From Catajapyx aquilonaris (taxonomy: Eukaryota), in assembly GCA_000934665.2 (NCBI GenBank), contig KZ537956.1:124001-188000 (forward strand): a stretch of 64,000 nucleotides of DNA. The letters are read 5' to 3'. The first letter of the stretch is position 1; the number at the start of each line of letters is the position of its first letter. Below the pieces are notes generated by a model that was not told where the DNA came from, ran no database searches, and was given only the letters and a program-made list of their open reading frames with translations. The translations under genes were made by a program, and so were the position numbers. Positions 25,728 to 36,325 of this stretch are shown here, piece by piece.

Positions 25728-25729
<2 letters not shown>

Positions 25730-25762
<33 letters not shown>
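25730..25762 (+). repeat. (TGC)11 trinucleotide microsatellite (CAG repeat on minus strand)
   Basis: 33-nt perfect repeat. Confidence 0.95.
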
Positions 25763-28700
25763 AGGTAGAGCTTGCATTAAAGGCCTGGGGTTCACAGCCT
25801 TTGCTTTGAATCCGGGAAACTAGTTGCAAAGAACCGGGGCCCCCTTAATGCTTCTGCAGCACAATATTCCTGCTAATAGGCGACACCGTAATTAAGGCTA
25901 AATAAACACAAAAACAATAGCACTCCGGGAAAATAATGCGCTCTGCTTGGGTGATACACCCAAAGCCTCCCCTGTACATAATAGAGCACACAGACACAAA
26001 AGGCTACAGGGGGGCACAGATAGATATGTGAAACATTATATCGTGGGAACCACATATATATTAATATCTATGGTGGGAACGTACAGGACTCGTCCAGAAA
26101 TATTTTAAAAAGCTATGCAGGTGAATGCATTTTGCCACGCCCACTGTTTTCGAATGTGTACCTGCGTCCTGTTTTGGAGGCACCAAAAGGGGCAATTTGG
26201 ACGCAAAGTGTCCATCAAGCTGTCTCCACTCGATACGTTTTCCCTCCCGAAGTCCAATGGGCCACTCCAGCATGCTAACCAGCCTCTTCCTCTAAAAGCC
26301 AGATGATAAGTGAATGGACAATTACAGGCTGTTCTTACCCTCTCTTTGAATGGCCAGACCGTGTAGGACGATGCGACACCATTTCTTTCGGGCGTAAACG
26401 CCGCGTGTCCAAACATATTTCCAGGCTTCCTTCCAGGTACGGCACAGAATCTAGTCGCGCACTGGAAACAAGCCCTAGAGTCGTTCCAAAAGAAGACAGA
26501 TGAAGAAGTGGGAGGGGGCAACAGCAGGAGGAGGAATGGACCTTTTTCTTGGGGGTAGCTAATGGACATTCCCAGTTCTTGAGGCCATCAAAGCGGAGCC
26601 GGCCGATAAGGCGAAGAGGGACGCGAACAGCGTTGCCATTCGCCAGCCATCTTCATTTGTACTCGGTCAACAATCAGCCCTGTGGGGTTGACAACAGCCA
26701 CAGGATCCGGTACCATATATATACCAGGGACTGGCTGCCACAAAACAGGGCGTTTCGGGGACACTTACACGGCTCCGATTACTCCACGGGTTTCATGTTG
26801 TGATTTATTCGCAGGAGAAAAACTGCGTGAGAGGCGCGCTTGCTAATCCCCCTGCGCTTTCTGGCCGTTAATAAAAATTTTGTGGGTTGTTTACAGGTGC
26901 GTCATACTGCGACCTACAAGTTCTTGTATGGGATGATTAATGTCGGGAAGAGCCAAGGCGTGTGTTTCCTAGCTGCCGGTTCTTGCAGTCGAGTCTTGTA
27001 CAGTATATGGAAACCAGACCCGACCGTTGAATGCGCCACTCCATTTAGCCCATTTTGACACATACGTAAGTGGTTAGCGAGCATTTTTCGATGCTCAATT
27101 TGCATCCCACCGCGATGGTAAATACGTACAGTACGTGACGTTCTTTTATAAGTTTACTGATACTACCTGGTACTGTACAGAAAACTATGTGATACATTGT
27201 AACTCTTCCCATTTCATACTTGAAAGGGAGGAGTAAAATAGGTCGCTACAATAATTTAGAGGCATTAATTAAATCACCTGCATTTATAATCACTCGCTGT
27301 GCAGGTGCCTCAGCATGCACTGTACATTAGCTACAGTTCTGGAAACTTCTGCAAAGTACTGCCTTCCTCTTTTGTGAACGCCTCTCGAAAATTTACGACA
27401 GCAAATTTCCAATGAAAAGAATGTGAAGAGAACTTCACGACCTCATTTTCTACATCATATAGTTTTCCAGCAGGGAAAAGCTCCTTTGCAGCACAGCACA
27501 AAGTTCCTCAGCCGTAAGTAAAGTTATGCTTAATTCAGGATTTACTAATAAGCGGTTGCGCTGAAGTGCACAGTGTTAACTATAATAGAGTGCAGTTGCA
27601 ATGTATGATCTTATTACTTTAGACCTACATTGTTGCCATCTTTCCACTTCTTTGAACATCTTTACGCCTAATTTTTTTACAACGTGCCAAGAATGCACGC
27701 CTTAATTAACATGCATGGAATTCACAATGCCCTTGTTAAATTGCTTAATCAAAAACCATGAGACATATTACCATACCCTAATGGCGATAAGTATCTCAGC
27801 CGATGCATACGCAATGCCTCAACCGTAAAAAAAATCGAAAAGATTTTCGCATGCTCGTATTTCTCACTTAACAGATCAATACGCACTATAATTAGCTTCT
27901 CTCCCCACAGTATATAGATCTCCAAAGCGGATTTACCCTCCCAACGTTTCTCGCCTTCTAGACGCATTCCATCTTTTCAAACCTCACCCCCCCTCCTCTA
28001 GAATTTTTTTCCCCCTCCATACTTTTCAAAAGCTTAGGTTTAATTTCGTCAAGTGCTCCAAATGTTAACGAATCTTAGGAGTCAATTCAGACACCCAGAA
28101 GTGGCATTATTTTTTCCATCCCCCTTCCCCGTGTATTTCCAAGTAGCAAGATCCCTAGCGATTAATAACACACAAAGAGGAGGGCTGCTGGGGTGGGGAA
28201 AAAAACGAAGGGTTCCCCCCTCGTAATGCTTTAGAGAGGCCAAAATCTTGGCAAATCACATTAAGGGGAAGCAAAATTTTCAGAACGCATCATAATCCCT
28301 GACCCCTTCCTCGTCCTACACTTTTTGAATCGCCATCAGCACTCTATCATCAGCCATCGCCGCCTGTATATTAACGCAATCATCCAGCAATGGAACCCTA
28401 CACCCAGACAGCACCCACTCTTACTCATTCTGACGATGCCACTTACTCGCTCCAAACATTTCTCCCTTATGCAAAATAGCAGTGACGTCATCCAATCCAA
28501 CGGAGTGGCTTGAAGGAATGGCGCATTGTCAGACATTATAAGGTCGACTCTCTTAAAGAACAATTGATAGGGAATAAAAAAAATGAAGCTGCAATGATAT
28601 TTCTGCCCGAACATTGGAGCTGTAAAATAGTTACCACACATCAAATGTATTTCCATAACGCATAAAGCTCGCTGACCGTATTAATACACGGTTTAATTTA

Positions 28701-31700
28701 GCAGTTGATTAATTTTATTGGTTAGCACATGTAAATACACAGCTATCACATAGTTATATATTTACACGATGACACAACCCAATTAAAATACGCTTAGGCC
28801 CAAAAATTGCTTTTTCCAGCAACTAAGTCCCTTCCGATTGGGTGCTTCAGCCCGAAAAAAGCCAGAAAGATAATCACTATAATCGGCGGAATGAAACAGT
28901 GGCCGGAAAAGAGTGGTAGGAATAAAACTGGATCAGAAAAGCATATAGTGCAGGGTTTTAGAAGCGAATCTCTTCCTCTTCTGGGCCCCCCTTTTTTTCT
29001 CTCTCTCGGTTTTCCAAGCCAATGTCCCTGGCCCTTTTCCCCAGCACCTTTTCCACCGGGTGGAAATTCCCTCGCGCTACTGTAACTCCACGAGGCCCCG
29101 CGAATAACAAAACTTCATCAAAATGCAAATGCTGAGAAAATCCCTGCCGCAGGTTGGCGATGCCCATCTGGCATTTGCAGGCGGGGGACCTAATCAGAGA
29201 GAGGGAATTAGCTCCGCCAAGGAAATAGGATAACTGCTGATGGGAGTTCGATCTGCAAACTCACTCCTTTCCCTTTACTTCTCCCACCCCTCCCATCCCC
29301 CCCTCTCTTCATGTATAGCTTTTCTCATGCATTTGAATATGGCAGACATTTTCACGCCTGGGATGAATCAAATGTGTCATGCCTTCACCCTCTCATATGG
29401 GTCCCCTACTGTAGGGACAGTTTCAAAAAAAAATTAATGCGACCCCCCCGGGCATATCCAGGGGGGTGTTATCGAATCGTACGAATTTCCTAATAAAGCG
29501 CTTTGTCGGGTCGAAATCATCCGAATTGATGAAACGGAACGATCCACCAATTTCGAAGCAAATAGCGTGTGAAGACCGCAGCTAATAAAATCGGGGGCTG
29601 TGATAGAGTAGTCGCAGATCGTAAAACTGGGGCCGATTTGAACCGGGCCGGATTTTGTAAAAGTCCAAAAGCAACAAGGGTACTTCCTATTTTCGTCCCA
29701 ACACCAGAGGGCGAAACCGGGGCGATTTCGGAGCGATTCGCGGTTCGCTGGCGATTTCTGTCCAACGACTCATCGCTTTATGACATTCGGAGTCTCCCCC
29801 TTCTGATAGCCTGAGGCATTGAACCCCAATTCCGCATTATCTTCTCATTCGCTCATCAGTCATCATTCCTTTATATCCGGGGCTAAATTGGAGCATTACT
29901 GTAATATAGCATTGCTGGTGGGCCACGCAACTCTGCCTGACGAGAAGTTACAGCGAGCGACCCCTTTAAATAGCTTTGGTGGTAATGATAATGCAATTGG
30001 GGGGCACTAAGTGCTGGGGGCAGATTACACCTGTGGATTACACGCGAGCCATGGGGACACAGAGTCGCTTGTTACGTGGAAGAAGGGCGCTGTTTTACAG
30101 TAGTAATTTTTCCGGCTGTGTATATAATGCGGGTACAAAATATATGCGTGATGCTAAGTGGTCGTGACTGGAATAATTTCTCCCTTTCGTATTGTTCCGG
30201 GATTATTTGTAGAGTATCAGTGCTCCCGGTTGGACTGTTATGAAACAATGCGTCCCATAGTAATTAATTCACGAATCAGTACAATTTTAACGCCTCTTTT
30301 GGCGAGTAAATAACAGGCACATTACAATAAACTGGGCAGGAGCGGGTGATAAAAACTGGAGCGTATTCAAATTGAATTTTAATCATTTCGATATTGTAAA
30401 CGTTATTATTATCGTCATACACTCAATTAGGGTACATGTGGACATATCGGAGGGTGCTTGTTACGGGAATATTCATGAGGTCTCTCTCCTGCAGCAGTCT
30501 GGAATCCAGGCAGAATCCCCGCAGTTATATTCTTTATTCCGCTGCGTAATCAACTGCATGTAATAATGATGCAATAGCCTCATTGTGCGCCTAATTAGCC
30601 AGTCGACTATTCAACTCTACTGTAAACCGATGCAGCCATGCTTATAAAAATAATGCAGAGTTAATAATTTCCTGGTCCGAATGCGAGTGCTGGCTCCATG
30701 ATCATCTGCTTGAATATCGTTGCATAAAAGTATACAAGTTAAAATTTAACAGTCTACAGGAGCGTGAATAGTACAGACTAGTGGTCATCTGGTTTAGCGA
30801 TATGCCAGTAAATGTATATAGCCCACTGCTATTTGAGTGGGGTGTGTTACAATCTGGACTTTAGGATGAAGAGCACCTGATTGTTGACTGCATGCTAATT
30901 AGAAACCAATGTTCGGCCTGCTGGAAAGGTACCTGCGGCAGCAGTACTGGATGTCATTTCAACTCATTGCCAGAAGCATCAGCAGCGCCTCCCCCATTTT
31001 GATTCGGTGCATTCAGCGTGAAATGACCTTGTTTCCCGGCTGACCATGACACTCGTTCCGACTAAACAAGGGAAGGGCCCCCGGTTCCTCTCTGCAGCAA
31101 ATCAGTGTCAGGAAATGCAGAGTTTGAGCCTGGTTTCCCCTCGCTTCCTCCAGAATCTGAAGCCCGGTCCCGAGATGGCTCGTTGGAATCGGATATTGGC
31201 AAGGAAACAAAGGCTTGGAGCGTTGGAGGAAATGGCGACCAAATGCAAGATCAAGCCTGGCCTATATCGTACCTAGTGGCACCTATTATGTTATCGATAA
31301 GAGCAATCTGCCCAGCTCGACGGGATGGTGAATGGCGAGGAAATGAGAGTCGGAATGATAGGGCTCGTCAGCCCTCAACCGCAGTCAACTTCTTTTTTTC
31401 TCCCCCTTTCTTCTTCTTCAGAAAAGTGCCTTCTCCCCCATTAGGCTGGCCGCATTCTTTGCCCAGCCCACCGATTGGAAAACGGAAATTGTTCTCCCCA
31501 CCAACCCCCGGCGCTTAATGGAACCTGAGAAGCATGGTCCAGGTTGAACCTACTAATCACGCCCAGATTGGCGAGTGAAAGGGTCCAAAAAAAGCGAGAG
31601 GGGAAACAAATATCGTCCGGCCAACATGTTCCGGATGTGAGATAAATACCTGGATCCCCATGGATGAACAGGAGGAAGCCTCAATTTTGCAGTAGATTGG

Positions 31701-33263
31701 AATTGTATCACGTGACAGGGCTCTTGTGATTGTAAATGCAAAACCTTGCGGGTTTTCCCCCCGTCATCAATCTTCCACGGCATTAGCATTTGTGGACAAA
31801 CAATCCATCTTCTTGAAGAAGGCCTACTTGTTAGCCCCCGCAACGGTGAAAAGTTCATTCCCGGACTTTAATCCAACGCGAGACTAATTAGTTTTCCAAG
31901 CCTGGGAGTCCACGGGGATTGATAACCCGGACTGGTGGGGTATATGTATATATAGAGAGAGGGGGTCCAAAGTGCGTCCACATGCAGCAGGCTACATCAG
32001 CAACCGGGTCCCTGCCGACCATAACCATGATTGTATGCCCCATTTGCCTTATATTTCTACATTGGAGCCACCCAATTCCCCGCATTTGCGGCTGCCTAGG
32101 ACTAAATTCGGGTCTACCACTCATTTGCGGGACTCGCATTCCGGCTGACAATGTCCGACCCAGGGCAAATTCTGCTACAAAAATGCCTTATTACCTCCTG
32201 CTTCACCGGACTGGCAGTGCCCCCAAAGGGGACAGGCCTTCCCCCTACTTCAATAACCTTTAAACGAGGCCTGGTAATACAATCAGGGCCAGCAGTCGTC
32301 ATTTTTGCACGTGGCTGGACATTGCAATGTCCCCATAGTTACCTCCACGGACGGAAGTTCATACGAAATTAGCAGAATTTCACTGCCTGTAGACTGTGAT
32401 AAACAGCAAGAGACGGCCGACTCGTGGCAACTCGATTGTCAGCATGTCAAAATGTCCCGGTGCTAGTTAGAGCCGGCATAAGGCGCAAGGTGACCTCTTG
32501 GCTTATTTCAAATCTTGGGACAGGGGCCCGAATTGAAACTTCCATTCGGGCCACAGCGTGTGCTGCTGCCTTTCCGGACAGGAGAATCAGGCCGTCACTC
32601 AGGTGCCATCTCAGGTGAAGGATGACGTTTTGAGTGGGCATTGAGTAATTCGCTGGCTGGCACGGTCCAACACCTCGTACTGATTAATCATATGCGGGAC
32701 AATAATAATCCGACCATAGAAAAGCGATACCAGGACCCCGTGCAGCAGCAGGGTTAAGTGGAAGCCATCTCTCAAACGTCCAAACAAGGCACCATGTTTT
32801 CCAGGGTGGCGTCTGGAGAGAAGAGGTTTTGTACTGAGGGGGGGCCGTGGAATAAGCTTATCTGGAGAAGCTCTTTTCTTTTTTTCCAGTTGGGTTCTTA
32901 ATTTGGGCGGAAATCTGCAGCAGATCCTTTGTCGGCATGTGAGACGTGCCGCCTTAAACAAAAGCTGCTTCCACTCGGAGCAGTGCGGCTGTTTAAGATC
33001 CCCCTTTACGACATCGCACGATAATGCGGCATAAGCCAAATATCCCTAGCCTGCCGAGCATATGCGCGCAAAATGGTCTGTTAGGAAATTTGCTCAGCCA
33101 TTCCAAACTACTCTTGACATCCTCTCTAAACCTGTTGGGACAATTAAGCTGATTCCTATGGTTCCAAACCAGCATTAATCGGCAAAGCTGCTGAACGGAT
33201 CGCAACCCAAAATTATACCAGTCATGACTAAAAGTTGCCAAAAGATATCGTTCGTGGAAATCC

Positions 33264-33264
<1 letters not shown>

Positions 33265-33317
<53 letters not shown>
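33265..33317 (+). repeat. (ATT)17 microsatellite
   Basis: 53-nt perfect repeat. Confidence 0.97.
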
Positions 33318-34380
33318 GCGGTGGCAATCAGTTCATAGAATTAGCTAATGAAATTAACTAAATCAAAGCATTAATTGTCGCATATTAATGTGGCATGGTT
33401 TGAGTTAATTTTAAACTAATCTCCTTTATTGCTGATAAACTCGTTCATAGAAATGTATTACATAGGAAATTTTATTGTTGATGTCTGGTATAACTTCATT
33501 TGCAGAATTCACTAGCAAGCCTATTCATCGTTTTTAAAAACATAATGATGCCTATATGCGACCTAGTACAGTACTGCAGGTCATGTCGCAATCAACTTTC
33601 ACAAACACTGACCTGCACAATCCCGCTCGCAATGATTTCAGTATGCACATACCCTGCCTGGTATTAGCAACCATATACTCTCAACACACCCACTCCGACG
33701 CAAGCCATCATGCCGCAATTTGCACCCCCACATGAAAACAGTTTTTCCGCGGTTATTATATTTCCACTTATTACTCTCCCGGCATCATTTGGTTCTATCG
33801 AGCCTGAAGCACTATAACAGTCATTTCAGCCGAGTTTTACTGGATGAGCAAAAAGTCTCTCTCTCTCTCCTGTGCTTCTCGCTCTCTATATATACGGAGT
33901 CAGGTCCCAGAGCTGAGGGGCCCACTTGGGCGATAAATTACTGGGGGTTCTGATAACGACTGTGGGCCCTCTCGGGACAGACGCAAACCCGTAGGGGGCC
34001 CCAGGCTGCGATCTCTCCATCCCAAAACTTTCCTCCCCTTTTTCCACCCCCATCTTATACGACTTTTTCTCTCTCGGCTTCAAACTGTCGGGGGGTTTTC
34101 GCCATCAGCTCACATGTGCATATATCCCGCCATTTTTGGGTCCGAATCCAAAGAAAATTCGGCTCATTATTCCACAGATTTGCCTGGCTAAAGAAGTGGC
34201 AGCATAATCTGCATTTAAATTAAAATTAGGAAGGAAAAAAGGAGCCTGACACTTTAATTAAGATGATCACAACGTATCAGTCGTCTTGGTGCATCCAACT
34301 GTTCTAGGGGAAAATATGCATACATATTTTTAGGTCAACAAATGAGCCGAAATTTAGTCTGGAGTGCATGGAAAAATATT

Positions 34381-34420
34381 GCCCCGCTTTCCCCCCCCCC
34401 CCCAAAAAAAAAAACGGGGC
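34381..34420. repeat. C13-A11 compound homopolymer flanked by inverted GCCCCG/CGGGGC
   Basis: Sequence reads gccccgcttt C13 A11 cggggc. Confidence 0.85.
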
Positions 34421-35837
34421 CTGCTTTATTCGTATAAGAAAATCCAATAGAATGCCTGGCATATTTTGGGACGAGTCGGCATCGACCTGTTGGGAGTGGC
34501 TCTATAGTAAAAGGTCGGGGCCCAGGAAGGCAAGCTAACTAAGCGTTTTCCCTACAAATTGGTAAATGATCGTAACGTGACCCTATCAGGGCTAATTCAG
34601 TTCCTGTGTGGACACAGCCTTAATTATTAGCACACAGCGGAGCCCAACTACTGTGTGAATTGATGCTGCAACGGAGCCGCATGCTAAAACTTGCCTCTTC
34701 TATTTAGAACCGATTTTTTGAACTCAATTTTTTTGGGGGGTAGACACGCTAACCAACTTTGCCCCGTTATCATGCCACTGGCAGCTGTACACAAGAAACT
34801 ACTGACCAACTTAGATTAAGCGCACCTGAACTATAATATTAGCCAATAGATCACCAGCGTGTTGCATAATTATCTGAAACTTTCGGTGTGGGAGGTAAGC
34901 TTTCAGTATTATAAAGTGTTGCTCCAACTGCTGATTCAACGTGCCAAAAGCCTAACTTTAATTCGCGAAATATGCGCCGCCCGTGTTTCGATAATGAAAG
35001 GTCAGTTGTTTTATTGGAATAGGGCCGATATTAATTTCTGCTCGCGGAATAATTCTCCCCGCCCGCCCTACACCGCCGGATAATCAAATTACCGCACTAA
35101 TGTACTACAGAAAAGCAGAGCAAGATTCAATTACCAGTATGTATGTGCATAGCCTATAGGCTTTGCTGCATGAGAATGCTCCTATACACTTATTGGTTGC
35201 TGGAATCAGCGTGTCATTGTAAGCATCACTTAACAAAATATACAATCAAATACTCCGGACTCGACCGCATAAAATATCACCTTTTCCCAAGTTGGGTTTA
35301 CTCGGTGGCTGGCATAATCTACGGTTCAAAAGACCCGTGATTTATATCTGGCCAGGAGCCTTTGACCCCCGTGACACAAGTGGACAGTCAAAATTCCTCC
35401 TTGAAATTTTAGTTCCGCCCGAGTGAAAGTATAAGGAATCCTTTCACAGGCCCTTTGCCGCTACTGGAAATGAATTACTGCCGACCTGCAAGTCTGTTAA
35501 ATCTCTCTCGGAACAAGTTTTAAAGTATATTTTTCCCCCTTTCTTCTATTCGTACCATAGAAGCCGGATTCCTCCAGCAGGTCGCACCCCCTTCCATACT
35601 TTTATAAAACTCTTTCCCCTTCCTTTTGCTCCTGGAAATTTTTTAACTGGCACCGGGGGCCTGCCCCTAATAGTAGCGTGAGAGATAAGAAGTATTTCCA
35701 CCCCCAGTTTTCTTTTTCTACCTCCTCAGGGCCCCCCCTCCGAAGCACAAGAAACTGCAGGGGCCTGTTTCCTTATCATGGACCAACTTCATATTTTTTT
35801 GGGATCTCTAAGCCAGTAGTCTACACATGACTCGCAT

Positions 35838-35853
35838 TGGGTGGTCCACGTGG
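35838..35853. promoter_or_regulatory. Perfect Gli/Ci site overlapping a CCACGTGG E-box
   Basis: TGGGTGGTC at 35838-35846 and CCACGTGG at 35846-35853. Confidence 0.35.
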
Positions 35854-36312
35854 CGACCATGATATGGTGACCCCCACAAGGACCCAACTGACTAACCGGC
35901 TGTTGACTGCCAGCCCTCTTGTTTGTCAGTGTTTTTTCCCCTGGTGTCGTCATTTGCTTTTTTAATTCCCTGCAAAAAAAAACAGCAGAATTCAACGAGC
36001 CTAGGAGCTGACATGGAAAATGCGATTCTAGTCGGCCTATCTCGCTTCAAATTATTGGTGGTGGATAAAATCCCCCCGGTGTGTTACACGGGAAGCAATA
36101 AGCGAGAGCTGCAGCAATCTATGTGAGTGCTTGATTTCCAGGCCCATGTTTTAGTACGCAAAATGGCCAATTGTGCCCTTCGGTTTTGCGCCCACAATCC
36201 AGCACTGTAGTTCATTTTGGAGGGTCAATCCACAGTGTCAACTCCATTTAATGCCAGATATCCCATTGTACAACGCAGCTATTCATAGAGCCCACTCAAC
36301 AGAATGTCAATA

Positions 36313-36325
36313 GGGGGGGGGGGGG
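36313..36325 (+). repeat. G13 homopolymer
   Basis: Direct count of 13 G. Confidence 0.95.

Noticed and set aside
25719..25823. (CTG)n read as polyAla (MSQVAAAA...) or, on minus, as polyGln exon
   Set aside because: Frames close within ~35 codons and splice signals are weak; a plain microsatellite explains it.
29631..29649. Minus-strand GGTTCAAATC B-box/T-arm-like word (similar words near 20240 and 48545)
   Set aside because: No A-box, acceptor stem or cloverleaf; not a tRNA or a recognisable SINE head.
32104..32117. Minus-strand GTAGACCCGAATTT similar to the middle of miR-10/miR-100
   Set aside because: Seed absent and no hairpin. I also found no miR-10, miR-993 or miR-iab-4, so Hox-cluster identity is unsupported.
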